A DNA stretch of 64,000 bases from an uncultured Veillonellaceae bacterium (lineage in GTDB: Bacteria; Bacillota; Negativicutes; Veillonellales; Negativicoccaceae). Below, piece after piece: positions 38,215 through 48,042 of the stretch. Positions within the stretch are counted from its first letter, which is position 1. Every line of letters starts with the position of its first letter. The stretch covers positions 2,616 through 66,615 of the forward strand of contig CAMYCX010000001.1 in assembly GCA_947254705.1 (NCBI GenBank), given 5' to 3'. The translations under genes were made by a program, and so were the position numbers. The notes under the pieces were generated by a model. That model saw only the letters and a program-made list of their open reading frames with translations. It was not told the origin of the DNA and searched no databases.

Positions 38215-38895
38215 GTGAGTATTTTTAGCGATGCGATTGATTTTTTAGCGTCGATTATGCAGGTATTTCTGTCTTTTTGTTATGATTTTACTGTCCAGAT
38301 AGGGTACCCCAGTTACGGTATCGCAATTATTTTAATGACGGTACTGATCAAAGTGGCATTGTTGCCGCTGGCAATCAAACAAATTCGCTCCATGAAGGGG
38401 ATGCAGGAATTGCAGCCTCGGATTCAGGAGTTACAGAAAAAATATAAAGGCGACCCGCAGCGTATGCAGCAGGAAATGGCGAAGATGTACAAGGAGTTGG
38501 GGGTCAATCCGTTATCGGGTTGTCTGCCGATGTTGATTCAGATGCCGTTTCTGATTTCCATTTTTTATGCGTTGCGTGAGTACAGCTATGATCCGGATCA
38601 TATGAGTTTCTTGTGGTTGCCGAGTCTCGGCGCGACCGATCCGATGTATATTTTGCCGGTTCTGTCGGCATTATCGACCTTTATTATGCAAAAGCAGACT
38701 ATGTCGACCGGTACTGCGACCGGTGCAGCGGCACAGCAGCAGAAAGTCATGCTCGTATTTATGCCCTTGTTTATCGGTTATATCAGCTTGCAATTTCCCA
38801 GCGGGCTGGTGATCTATTGGGTAGTATCCAATTTGTTCCAAATGATTCAACAGTTTATTATGTTTCGTGCGGAGCCGAAAGGAGTCAAGTCATGA
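38215..38895 (+). CDS. yidC: membrane protein insertase YidC/OxaA (short Gram-positive type)
   Basis: 'PLAIKQIRSMKGMQELQPRIQELQKKYK' and 'GCLPMLIQMPFLISIFYAL' YidC motifs. GTG start after GAGGAGGAG. Confidence 0.85.
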   Translation: MSIFSDAIDFLASIMQVFLSFCYDFTVQIGYPSYGIAIILMTVLIKVALLPLAIKQIRSMKGMQELQPRIQELQKKYKGDPQRMQQEMAKMYKELGVNPLSGCLPMLIQMPFLISIFYALREYSYDPDHMSFLWLPSLGATDPMYILPVLSALSTFIMQKQTMSTGTATGAAAQQQKVMLVFMPLFIGYISLQFPSGLVIYWVVSNLFQMIQQFIMFRAEPKGVKS

Positions 38896-39788
38896 GAGAG
38901 TGTTTGGAAGTTACGGGAAAAACCGTTGAAGAGGCGGTAAATCAGGCGCTTACTACATGGGGAGTTGCTCGTGAAGAGGTAGAAATTATCGTTATGGAAG
39001 AACCCAGCAAAGGTTTTTTGGGATTCGGCGCGCGAGATGCAATGGTGAAGGTGTTCCGTAAAGAGGAAGATGCTTCCGGAGAGACGGCAACCGCTAAACC
39101 GGTCGAAGAAGTATCACCGGGAGTGGCCATATTCAATGATGTTCCCGCACAACCCGAGTCGGCATCGCCGGAAGTGGTCAGCTTGACGGAAACAAAGCCC
39201 TTGTCTTTGGATCATACGGAATCCGTAACGTCGGCAAAACAGGTAACGAAGGAACCGTCATCCGTACAGACGGATGAATCCGTCGCGACAAATCGTCGTC
39301 GCTCCGGGCGGGACGCTTTCGTTTCCGAAGAAGAACAAGAAGAAGCGGCTCGTCGAGGAAAAGAATTTTTACAGCAAGTCACCGATGCGATGGGTCTGTC
39401 GGTGATGATTGAAAAGATGGTTTCGCCCGATATGATCCGTTTGCATTTGCACGGAGAGGATCTCGGCTTGTTGATCGGTAAACGGGGTACGACACTGGAT
39501 GCGTTGCAATACCTGACCAATTTGGCGGCCAATGTCGATGTACGGGGACGATATTTTATCATGCTGGATGTGGAAAATTATCGTTCGCGGCGGGAGGAAA
39601 CGCTTGTTGCGTTGGCCCGTCGGATGGCGGCAAAGGTGAAAAAAAATCGCCGTAAAGTCGTATTGGAACCGATGAATGCCTATGAGCGCAAAATTATTCA
39701 CACCGCCCTGCAGGATGATCCGCAGGTATATACACTAAGCGAGGGAGAGTATCAGGATCGTCATTTGGTGATTCATTATCAAGAATAA
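38892..39788 (+). CDS. jag: RNA-binding protein Jag/KhpB (Jag_N, KH, R3H)
   Basis: N-terminal Jag_N (GKTVEEAVNQAL), C-terminal KH and R3H 'MNAYERKIIHTAL'. ATGA overlap with yidC stop. Confidence 0.85.
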   Translation: MRECLEVTGKTVEEAVNQALTTWGVAREEVEIIVMEEPSKGFLGFGARDAMVKVFRKEEDASGETATAKPVEEVSPGVAIFNDVPAQPESASPEVVSLTETKPLSLDHTESVTSAKQVTKEPSSVQTDESVATNRRRSGRDAFVSEEEQEEAARRGKEFLQQVTDAMGLSVMIEKMVSPDMIRLHLHGEDLGLLIGKRGTTLDALQYLTNLAANVDVRGRYFIMLDVENYRSRREETLVALARRMAAKVKKNRRKVVLEPMNAYERKIIHTALQDDPQVYTLSEGEYQDRHLVIHYQE

Positions 39789-39830
39789 TCGACCGGGGCA
39801 ACCCGGTCTTATTTTTTAGAGAGGACTGTC

Positions 39831-41207
39831 ATGTATAAAGAGGATACGATTGCAGCCTTAGCCACGCCTGTCGGACAAGGCGGTATCGGTATTATCCGTA
39901 TCAGCGGAAAAGAGGCGTTGTCGGTAGCCGCTCGTGTGTTTCGTCCGCATCGGGGCGAGGTAGACAAGTTGCGCGGGTATCAAGCGGCATACGGACATAT
40001 CATGGAAGACGGAAATATCATTGATGAAGCGATTTTACTGGTGATGCGGGCCCCAAAATCCTATACGGGAGAAGATGTGGCCGAATTACAGCTTCATGGC
40101 GGTATGTTGGCGGTGGAAGCGGCCTTGACGGCGGTGCTGCGTGCCGGTGCCCGAGCGGCGGAGCGCGGTGAGTTTACGGAGCGGGCCTTTTTAAACGGGC
40201 GGTTGGATTTGGCGCAGGCCGAGGCGGTACAGGATATTATCACGGCTCGCAGTACGACCGCGTTGGGCGTTGCCGTCGGACAGTTGGGCGGACGTCTTTC
40301 TCAATGGGTTCGCAATACCGCGGACGATCTGGCCGGACTGATCGCCGCCTTGGAAGTGACACTGGATTATCCCGATGAAGATATTACGGAAGTCGATCGG
40401 GCGGAAGGAATCGCTCGTATCGATGCCGTTGCGGCGGAGTTGGCGGCGATTATTGCCAAATCCCGTGCGGGCAAGGTCTGGCGAGAAGGTGTTAAAACGG
40501 TCATCAGCGGACTTCCGAATGCAGGTAAGTCGAGCTTGTTGAATTATTTATTGGCGGAAGAGCGTGCCATTGTGACCGATATTCCGGGAACGACACGGGA
40601 TACGATCAGTGCATATGCGACATTGGCGGGAATTCCGTTGGAACTCGTCGATACGGCGGGGATTCGTGAGAGTGAAGACGAGGTGGAACGGATCGGTGTC
40701 CGTCGGGCGCAAGCGGCACAGGAAGAGGCGGATGTGGTTTTCGCCGTAGTGGACGGTTCACAGCCGTTGACTGCGGATACTCATGCATGGTTGGCGTCAT
40801 TGCGGGGACGACCGGTTATTGTATTGCTCAACAAATCTGATATTGCACGTCTTGTTACGGCGGATGATGTGCGTCGAATCCTTGGCGAAGTTCCGATTCA
40901 TACGGTCTCCGTTCTCAAAGAAGAAGGAACGGAAGCCATTGGTGAGACGTTGCGTCAATTGGTGGCGACAGAACAAATCCGAGCCGGTGAAGATGTAGTA
41001 TTGACCAATGCTCGTCAGCAACAATGGGCGGAGACGGCGGCGGCATCTCTGCAATCGGCACGGACCGCATTTACACAAGGATTGACGGTCGATTGCGTGA
41101 CGGAAGATTTGCGGGCGGCATGGGATGCGCTCGGTGCTATTATCGGTCGTCGGTTGGAAGAAGATATTGTCAGTGAGATATTCCGTCGCTTTTGTGTCGG
41201 AAAGTAG
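39831..41207 (+). CDS. mnmE: tRNA modification GTPase MnmE
   Basis: 'GLPNAGKSSLLN' G1, 'DTAGIRE' G3, 'NKSD' G4 and C-terminal 'FCVGK'. Confidence 0.95.
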   Translation: MYKEDTIAALATPVGQGGIGIIRISGKEALSVAARVFRPHRGEVDKLRGYQAAYGHIMEDGNIIDEAILLVMRAPKSYTGEDVAELQLHGGMLAVEAALTAVLRAGARAAERGEFTERAFLNGRLDLAQAEAVQDIITARSTTALGVAVGQLGGRLSQWVRNTADDLAGLIAALEVTLDYPDEDITEVDRAEGIARIDAVAAELAAIIAKSRAGKVWREGVKTVISGLPNAGKSSLLNYLLAEERAIVTDIPGTTRDTISAYATLAGIPLELVDTAGIRESEDEVERIGVRRAQAAQEEADVVFAVVDGSQPLTADTHAWLASLRGRPVIVLLNKSDIARLVTADDVRRILGEVPIHTVSVLKEEGTEAIGETLRQLVATEQIRAGEDVVLTNARQQQWAETAAASLQSARTAFTQGLTVDCVTEDLRAAWDALGAIIGRRLEEDIVSEIFRRFCVGK

Positions 41208-41222
41208 AAAGGAAGACCGAAC

Positions 41223-43097
41223 GTGCAAGCGATTGCTACATATGATGTGATTGTGATCGGGGCAGGACATGCCGGCTGTGAAGCGGCGTTGGCGGCGGCC
41301 CGTTTGGGGGCACGCACGTTGGTGGCCACCATCAGTTTGGAAAATATTGCGATGATGCCGTGTAATCCGGCTATCGGCGGCCCGGGGAAAAGTCATTTGG
41401 TGCGTGAGATTGACGCCTTGGGCGGAGAAATGGGGATTGTGGCGGACGAAACAGCCATTCAGATGCGTATGCTGAACCGGGGCAAAGGTCCGGCAGTACA
41501 CTCGCTGCGGGCGCAATCGGATAAGAATGCATATCATCGGCGCATGAAGTCTATTTTGGAAACGCAGGACAACATCTCGATCAAGCAGCTGATGGTGACG
41601 GAGTTGCTCGTGGAAGACGGACGGGTTCGCGGCATTCGTACCGAGTTGGGAGAAACGTATGAGGCGCGTGCGGTCATTTTGGCGACAGGAACGTATTTGT
41701 CGAGTGAAATTCTGATTGGTGACATAAAGTACTACGGAGGACCGAACGGGTATCGGCCGAGCATGCAGTTGGGAGACTCTCTGCGTGCGGCGGGGATTCG
41801 CTTGCAGCGTTTCAAAACCGGCACCCCGACACGGGTCGATCGCCGTACGTTGCATCTGGATGCGATGACGGTACAGGAAGGAGATCCCGACTTTCATACC
41901 TTTTCCTTTTTATCGTCGCGGGAGAATCGTAATGCCGCCTGTTGTTGGTTGACGTATACCAATGAAGCGACACACGAAATCATTCGTCAAAATTTACATT
42001 TAGCACCGCTATATGCCGGGAAAGTAACGGGAGTCGGTGCGCGGTATTGCCCTTCGATTGAAGATAAAGTGGTTCGCTTTGCCGACAAGGAGCGACACCA
42101 GCTCTTTGTAGAGCCGGAAGGTTTGGATACTACGGAAATGTATGTCCAAGGGATGTCGACATCGTTGCCCGTGTCCGTGCAGTATGCTTTTTTGCGGACG
42201 ATCTCCGGATTGGAAGATGTCGAAATTATGCGGCCGGCCTATGCGATCGAGTATGATTGCCTGGATCCGCTGCAGCTGACGGCGGGGTTGATGCATAAAA
42301 CGCTCACCGGTTTGTTTTCCGCGGGTCAAGCCAACGGTACATCGGGTTATGAGGAGGCGGCCGCACAAGGGTTGATCGCGGGCATCAATGCCGCCCGCTG
42401 GCTGGCGGGGCAAGCGCCGTTTACTTTGACGCGCTCGGAATCATATATCGGTACGTTAATAGACGATTTGGTAACCAAGGGAACATCGGAACCGTATCGT
42501 ATGATGACCAGCCGCAGCGAATATCGGCTCTTGCTTCGGCAGGATAATGCGGATTTACGCTTGACACCGAAAGGACGGGAAATCGGACTGGTATCAGATG
42601 AGCGGTGGGAGCGGTATCTGGAAAAACGTCAGGCGATCGATGACGGTCGGCGGGGTTTGGAAGAAACCGTACTGACCCCGACCGAGGAAACCAATCGGCG
42701 GTTGTGTGAGTGGAAGACCGCTCCGCTCAAGACGGGCACCACAGCGGCACAATTGCTGCGACGGCCGGAGATCAATTATACGATGCTTTGCGACTGGTTG
42801 GGCTGGGACGAACCCTCCGTTGATGTACGGGAAGAACTGGAAGTCAGCGTTAAGTATGAAGGATATATTCGCAAACAGGCGGATCGCATTGCCCGACAGC
42901 AACGAATGGAAACGACGGTTTTGCCGGATATTAACTATGCCGAGCTGAAAGGAATTTCACTTGAGGCCCGTCAAAAGCTAGCGGAGCGACGTCCGGAAAC
43001 GCTCGGACAGGCATCACGGATTTCGGGGGTTTCGCCCGCGGATATTTCCGTGCTGATGATTTATTTGGAACAGCGGAGGCAACGTGATGATCAATAG
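41223..43097 (+). CDS. mnmG: tRNA uridine 5-carboxymethylaminomethyl modification enzyme MnmG
   Basis: 'YDVIVIGAGHAGCEAALAAARLG' FAD fold; 624 aa. Confidence 0.95.
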   Translation: MQAIATYDVIVIGAGHAGCEAALAAARLGARTLVATISLENIAMMPCNPAIGGPGKSHLVREIDALGGEMGIVADETAIQMRMLNRGKGPAVHSLRAQSDKNAYHRRMKSILETQDNISIKQLMVTELLVEDGRVRGIRTELGETYEARAVILATGTYLSSEILIGDIKYYGGPNGYRPSMQLGDSLRAAGIRLQRFKTGTPTRVDRRTLHLDAMTVQEGDPDFHTFSFLSSRENRNAACCWLTYTNEATHEIIRQNLHLAPLYAGKVTGVGARYCPSIEDKVVRFADKERHQLFVEPEGLDTTEMYVQGMSTSLPVSVQYAFLRTISGLEDVEIMRPAYAIEYDCLDPLQLTAGLMHKTLTGLFSAGQANGTSGYEEAAAQGLIAGINAARWLAGQAPFTLTRSESYIGTLIDDLVTKGTSEPYRMMTSRSEYRLLLRQDNADLRLTPKGREIGLVSDERWERYLEKRQAIDDGRRGLEETVLTPTEETNRRLCEWKTAPLKTGTTAAQLLRRPEINYTMLCDWLGWDEPSVDVREELEVSVKYEGYIRKQADRIARQQRMETTVLPDINYAELKGISLEARQKLAERRPETLGQASRISGVSPADISVLMIYLEQRRQRDDQ

Positions 43098-43818
43098 TAC
43101 GGAATTGTCGGCAGCGGCAATTGTCGAGGCACTGGCGGCGGCGGATATTACGGTGACGGCCCGACAGGCGGAGCAATTAAGCCGATTTTATACGGCGGTT
43201 ACGGAAAAAAATCAGGTGATGAACCTCACGGCCATTACCGCGCCGGATGAATTTTTGCGCAAGCATTATCTGGACTCGCTGTGGGGAGACGAGTCGGCGC
43301 AGTGGAATCAAATTAATGCCGCACTGGATCTCGGAACGGGCGCCGGATTTCCCGGAATTCCGCTCGCTATCATGCACCCCGATACCTGTTGGACCTTACT
43401 TGACGCAACAGCGAAAAAATTGCGCTTTTTGGAAGAAACGGCAATGATGCTGGGGTTGAAGAATGTCAGTGTGCTGCACGGGCGTGCGGAAGAAGTCGGG
43501 CAAAATGTACAGTATCGGGAGCGATTTGATCGCGTGACCTCGCGTGCGGTGGCCTCGCTGTCCGTATTGGCGGAATGGACGCTGCCCTTGGTCAAGGTCG
43601 GCGGTTCGTTTTGGGCTTACAAGGGACCGAAAGCGGAAGAGGAAATTCGTGCGGCATCACAGGCGATAGAAATATTGGGAGGCACAGTAACGGATATTGA
43701 TACCTCGACTTTGCCGGGCAGTACGGAAATGCGTACCGTCATTCGCGTGACCAAAGTATCGCCGACACCGTCTGCCTATCCCCGCCCGTATGCAAAAACG
43801 AAGAAACGTCCGTTATAG
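43087..43818 (+). CDS. rsmG: 16S rRNA (guanine527-N7)-methyltransferase RsmG
   Basis: 'LDLGTGAGFPGIPLAI' SAM motif. Overlaps mnmG stop. Confidence 0.9.
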   Translation: MINSTELSAAAIVEALAAADITVTARQAEQLSRFYTAVTEKNQVMNLTAITAPDEFLRKHYLDSLWGDESAQWNQINAALDLGTGAGFPGIPLAIMHPDTCWTLLDATAKKLRFLEETAMMLGLKNVSVLHGRAEEVGQNVQYRERFDRVTSRAVASLSVLAEWTLPLVKVGGSFWAYKGPKAEEEIRAASQAIEILGGTVTDIDTSTLPGSTEMRTVIRVTKVSPTPSAYPRPYAKTKKRPL

Positions 43819-43831
43819 AAAGGGTGATGGT

Positions 43832-44722
43832 ATGAACACGGAAGAATATCGGATCAGAAAGTCAAAGAAAGTAAAATTGGATGATTATCCGACCTGCCCG
43901 CCTTCACAAGCAAGTAAAAAAGAATATATCGGAGACACATTTACCCAACGCCTGCAAGAATTGTCGCAATGGCAAGAACGGTTGTATGCGGAGAACAAGT
44001 ACGGCCTGGTGATTGTTTTGCAAGCGCGAGATGCGGCCGGCAAGGACAGTCTCATCAAGAAGGTGTTTGCTCATCTGAACATACAGGGGGTGCATGTCGC
44101 CAACTTCAAGCAACCGACGACGGAAGAAACGGATCACGATTATTTGTGGCGGATCAACAAAGCGCTGCCCGCACGTGGCGAAATCGCCGTTTTTAACCGT
44201 TCGCACTATGAAGATGTACTGGTGACCCGCGTTCATGATTTGTTGGAGAAAAACAATTTCCCGGGCGATCTGATCGAGTCGGATATTTGGCAGGATCGGT
44301 ATCGGCAAATCAATGATTGGGAACGGTATTTGACGGAAAACGGCATTTTCGTACTTAAGTTTTTCCTTCATGTTTCACGTGAAACACAGGCGGAGCGATT
44401 GATTGAACGCATTCGTCGACCGGAGAAAAACTGGAAGTTTTCATATGCGGACATCAGTGAACGAAGGCTGTGGGACGAATATAGTGATATATACGGCGAC
44501 ATGCTTGCTGCCACATCGACCAAAGAAGCACCGTGGTATGTGATCCCCGCTGATAAAAAATGGTACACCCGCTACTTGGTGCTCGATATCGTGACGGCGT
44601 TCATGCGACGATTGTCTCCGGAATACCCGCATCCGGTCGGGAAGGAAAAAGAAGAGTTGACGCGCTGGAAACGGTATTTGGCGGAAGAAAAAGATATTAA
44701 TTTGGCAGATTTGTGGATGTGA
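43832..44722 (+). CDS. polyphosphate kinase 2 family protein (polyphosphate:nucleotide phosphotransferase)
   Basis: 'LVIVLQARDAAGKDSLIKKV' Walker-A-like PPK2 motif and 'RSHYEDVLVTRVH' lid region. RBS AAAGGGTGA. Confidence 0.8.
   Translation: MNTEEYRIRKSKKVKLDDYPTCPPSQASKKEYIGDTFTQRLQELSQWQERLYAENKYGLVIVLQARDAAGKDSLIKKVFAHLNIQGVHVANFKQPTTEETDHDYLWRINKALPARGEIAVFNRSHYEDVLVTRVHDLLEKNNFPGDLIESDIWQDRYRQINDWERYLTENGIFVLKFFLHVSRETQAERLIERIRRPEKNWKFSYADISERRLWDEYSDIYGDMLAATSTKEAPWYVIPADKKWYTRYLVLDIVTAFMRRLSPEYPHPVGKEKEELTRWKRYLAEEKDINLADLWM
44371..44386. other. parS site TGTTTCACGTGAAACA (inside the PPK2-family coding sequence)
   Basis: Perfect 16-bp palindrome matching the Firmicutes parS consensus TGTTNCACGTGAAACA. 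Confidence 0.8.
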
Positions 44723-44734
44723 TTCACACGGACG

Positions 44735-44777
44735 AAAAAAGACGCTCCGACGAGATATCTCGTCGGAGCGTCTTTTG
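44735..44777 (+). terminator. rho-independent terminator after the PPK2-family gene
   Basis: 16-bp perfect palindrome GACGCTCCGACGAGAT/ATCTCGTCGGAGCGTC followed by TTTTGT. Confidence 0.8.
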
Positions 44778-44787
44778 TATGTATGTA

Positions 44788-44803
44788 TGTTTCACGTGAA
44801 ACA
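44788..44803. other. parS site TGTTTCACGTGAAACA upstream of parA
   Basis: Identical perfect palindrome about 80 nt upstream of soj/parA start. Confidence 0.85.
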
Positions 44804-44885
44804 TATTCTGCATTTTCGTCGACGTAACCTGTGTCGGTACGGTCGGATGTGGTATACTAAAAAGGTATATGAAAGGGGTGTCACT

Positions 44886-45650
44886 GTGGGCAAGCGAATT
44901 GCGGTCATGAATCAAAAAGGCGGTGTCGGTAAAACGACCACCGCGGTCAATTTGGCAGCCTGTCTGGCGGAGTCCGGGAAGCGGGTATTACTGGTGGATG
45001 CAGACGCACAGGGAAATGCAACCAGCGGCATCGGCGTGGATAAGGAGCAGGTGAAAGTTTCCGTTTATGACATTTTGATCAACCAAACGCCGACTCGCAA
45101 GGCGATCGTTCCGTCCAAAGTCAAAGGATTGGACGTGATTGCCGCTACGATCTCGTTGGCCGGTGCGGAAGTGGAATTGGTTACGATACCGCAACGGGAA
45201 GAGCGCATGCGTAGTGCGTTGTTGCAGGTGGCGGATCGGTATGATTATATGCTGATTGACTGCCCGCCGTCGCTCGGACTGATGACGGTGAATGTATTGG
45301 TCGCGGCGGACTCGGTGTTGATTCCGATTCAGGCGGAGTACTATGCGCTGGAGGGCGTGGCGCAATTGCTGTCTACGATTCGGTCGGTCGCACAGGAATG
45401 GAATCCGCGCTTGGGTGTGGAAGGCGTCTTGTTGACAATGTATGACGGACGAACGAATCTGGCGTTGCAAGTGGCGGATGAAGTAAAAAAGTATTTTCGG
45501 GATAAAGTATATCGTACGATGATCCCTCGTAATGTGCGCCTCAGTGAGGCGCCGAGTTATGGCGAACCGATCATCATGTATGACCCGCGCTCCAAAGGGG
45601 CGGAAGTATATCGCCGTTTGGCGCAGGAGGTGATTGCTCGTGAAGCGTAA
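44886..45650 (+). CDS. parA: chromosome partitioning ATPase ParA/Soj
   Basis: 'IAVMNQKGGVGKTTTAVNLAACLA' deviant Walker A. GTG start after AAAGGGGTG. Upstream extended -10 TGgTATACT. Confidence 0.9.
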   Translation: MGKRIAVMNQKGGVGKTTTAVNLAACLAESGKRVLLVDADAQGNATSGIGVDKEQVKVSVYDILINQTPTRKAIVPSKVKGLDVIAATISLAGAEVELVTIPQREERMRSALLQVADRYDYMLIDCPPSLGLMTVNVLVAADSVLIPIQAEYYALEGVAQLLSTIRSVAQEWNPRLGVEGVLLTMYDGRTNLALQVADEVKKYFRDKVYRTMIPRNVRLSEAPSYGEPIIMYDPRSKGAEVYRRLAQEVIAREA

Positions 45651-46506
45651 AGCGACAGGATTGGGAAAAGGGTTGGGGGCATTATTGCCGGAGCGGACAA
45701 TATCGTCGGATGCGGTGGAGATGATTGCGCTAGATCGCATCGTGCCGAATGCCTATCAACCGCGCCATGAGTTTGCCGAGAGTGCATTACAGGAGTTGGC
45801 CGCGTCCATCCGGGAATACGGCGTGGTGCAGCCGCTACTGGTATGCCGACATGCCGACGGGTATATGTTGGTGGCCGGTGAACGTCGCTGGCGGGCAGCC
45901 CGACTGGCGGGGCTGCAAGAAGTTCCTGTCATGGTTCGTGAATATGACGATCCGGAACGGGCGGCGATTGCGTTGATTGAAAATATTCAGCGCGAGGATT
46001 TGAATCCGATGGAAGAAGCGCTGGCATATCAACGATTGACGGAAGAATTTTCGTTGACACAGGCGGAGATGGCAGCCAAAGTGGGGCGCAGCCGTCCGTA
46101 TGTGGCAAATATGCTGCGATTATTGCAGCTGTCCGATGATGTCCGCATGCGTGTGGCAAGTCGGGAATTGACGCCCGGTCAGGTACGTCCTCTGGTGGGC
46201 TTGTCGGCGAAAGAACAGAATGCATGGGCGACTAAAATTGCTCATGAAAAATGGTCGGCGAGACAAGTGGAAGCGGCGTTGGCACGAAAAAAAGAAAAAC
46301 CCCGCAACCAAATGGGGAAAAAGCGTGCGGTTAGCCGACCCGTACAGGCGTATTTGACGGATGCGCAGGAACAGCTCAAACTTCACCTGGGTACGCCGGT
46401 ACAAATTGATACGAAGGTAAGTAACGGTCGCGTCAGCGGAACGGTCAAGATTGCATTCGGGGATTTGGATGAATTGGAACGGTTGTTGACATACCTTAAG
46501 GAATAA
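45640..46506 (+). CDS. parB: chromosome partitioning protein ParB/Spo0J
   Basis: 'GLGKGLGALL' N-terminus, 'GERRWRAARLAGL' ParB box, HTH 'QAEMAAKVGRSRPYVANMLRLL'. GTG start after AGGAGGTGA, overlapping parA stop. Confidence 0.9.
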   Translation: MKRKATGLGKGLGALLPERTISSDAVEMIALDRIVPNAYQPRHEFAESALQELAASIREYGVVQPLLVCRHADGYMLVAGERRWRAARLAGLQEVPVMVREYDDPERAAIALIENIQREDLNPMEEALAYQRLTEEFSLTQAEMAAKVGRSRPYVANMLRLLQLSDDVRMRVASRELTPGQVRPLVGLSAKEQNAWATKIAHEKWSARQVEAALARKKEKPRNQMGKKRAVSRPVQAYLTDAQEQLKLHLGTPVQIDTKVSNGRVSGTVKIAFGDLDELERLLTYLKE

Positions 46507-46507
46507 T

Positions 46508-46523
46508 TGTTTCACGTGAAACA
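46508..46523. other. parS site TGTTTCACGTGAAACA immediately after parB
   Basis: Third identical palindrome 2 nt after the parB stop. Confidence 0.85.
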
Positions 46524-46532
46524 GGAGGGTAT

Positions 46533-47063
46533 ATGGCAGGAATAAGCGGTACCGCCGATACCATGATGTTGGGAATATTGATTGCCCTGTTGGTGATTGT
46601 ATTGCTGTATGTCATGTTATTGCGATATAAAATGAATCGTTTGTCGCGAAACTATATGATGTTTATGCGCGGTGCAAACGGACAAACGTTGGAAAACAAA
46701 TTGGGAACGGAAGTTCGGCGTTTGCGGGAAATGACAGAGAAAATTTCGGAAACGGTAGCGGAACAAAAAAACTTGTCCCGTGTGCAAAACAGCGCATTAC
46801 AAAATGTCGGTTTTGTCCAATATCAGGCCTTTCCGGACAGCAGTCAGCGGGAAAGTTTTTCGGTGACGTTGCTGGACGGAAATCGCTCGGGCATTACGTT
46901 GACGGCGTTGAGCGGACGACAGGAGTCGCGGATGTACGCCAAAATAGTGCGTGACGGACAGCATACGGTGCGAGCCAGCGCGGAAGAAGAAGAAAGTTTG
47001 CGCCAAGCGTTATTGCGCCATGCCGGAGATGAACAGGCGGACGATAGCGATGCAATGGCATAA
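46533..47063 (+). CDS. DUF4446 family protein
   Basis: N-terminal TM helix then coiled-coil. The gene directly after parB in many Clostridia. Confidence 0.7.
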   Translation: MAGISGTADTMMLGILIALLVIVLLYVMLLRYKMNRLSRNYMMFMRGANGQTLENKLGTEVRRLREMTEKISETVAEQKNLSRVQNSALQNVGFVQYQAFPDSSQRESFSVTLLDGNRSGITLTALSGRQESRMYAKIVRDGQHTVRASAEEEESLRQALLRHAGDEQADDSDAMA

Positions 47064-47943
47064 AGAAGATGACCGTATCACTCTGTCGATGAAGCGTCGT
47101 CATTTCTACTTGTTGGCGATGGCCGAAGGGGTGCTGTGGTTACTTGCGATCGGTATGATTGTCTGGAGTATATGGCATTATGCGGAAACGGAACGGTTGC
47201 GTGCGGAAAACGAGTTGTATGCGCGACAAGCGGAAATCACCGCGCAGCGTTTGACGGAAATGGAAGCGCGTTTGACGGAGTTGGATGCGTTGGATGCGGA
47301 GATACGGGGTATGATGAACGGTGCATCAAACGGTCGCGGTGATGGCGGAGTCATTGCTGCGGTACCGCAGGATGACATCGGATCGGGAGAGTTGATGTCC
47401 CGTTTGGGGCGAGTGTATGATCGAATGGAAACCAGATGGATTTCATTGGCATTGATTCGTTCCGCACTACGTGACGGCACGGAGGTGGCATGGGCATCGC
47501 CCGTGCAGACCGGAGCGGATAATCAGGACACTCCGTCGATGACTCCGGCCCGAGGAGCGGAAATAACGGATGGTTTCGGGTGGCGTTCCGATCCGTTTAC
47601 CGGGGAGCAGCGCTTTCATGAAGGGGTTGATTTTGCCGCTGCATACGGGACACCGATTATCGCGACGGCAAGAGGAACGGTTACGCGTGCAGAATGGGCG
47701 GAAGGGTACGGCAATTTGGTTGAGATTCGGCATGCGGGCGGCGTGATTACCCGCTACGGTCATAACTCGTTGGTCGTAGTCCGGGTCGGGGATACGGTCA
47801 ATGCCGGGGAAGTCATTGCCTTTATGGGCAATACCGGCCGCAGCACGGGATGCCATGTTCATTATGAAGTCAGAATTAACGGCGTGGCGGTGGATCCGAT
47901 GTTGTTTATTCATTCGCAGGAATCGGTAATGAAGAGAAAATAA
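47053..47943 (+). CDS. M23 family metallopeptidase
   Basis: TM anchor plus coiled coil, then 'HEGVDFAA..GTPIIATARGTV' and 'GNTGRSTGCHVHYEV' LytM/M23 motifs. Start uncertain (ATG 47032, 47053 or 47089). Confidence 0.8.
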   Translation, partial: QWHKEDDRITLSMKRRHFYLLAMAEGVLWLLAIGMIVWSIWHYAETERLRAENELYARQAEITAQRLTEMEARLTELDALDAEIRGMMNGASNGRGDGGVIAAVPQDDIGSGELMSRLGRVYDRMETRWISLALIRSALRDGTEVAWASPVQTGADNQDTPSMTPARGAEITDGFGWRSDPFTGEQRFHEGVDFAAAYGTPIIATARGTVTRAEWAEGYGNLVEIRHAGGVITRYGHNSLVVVRVGDTVNAGEVIAFMGNTGRSTGCHVHYEVRINGVAVDPMLFIHSQESVMKRK

Positions 47944-47986
47944 AGAAAGATGGCGCGGTGGCGTTTCCGCGTGGATAGGGCAATAC

Positions 47987-48022
47987 AAAACCTCTCTCGA
48001 GGATATTCGAGAGAGGTTTTTT
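47987..48022. terminator. bidirectional terminator between M23 peptidase and MFS genes
   Basis: CCTCTCTCGA / TCGAGAGAGG perfect stem with AAAA upstream and TTTTTT downstream. Confidence 0.8.
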
Positions 48023-48042
48023 GGTACCGCCGGTAAAAGTTG

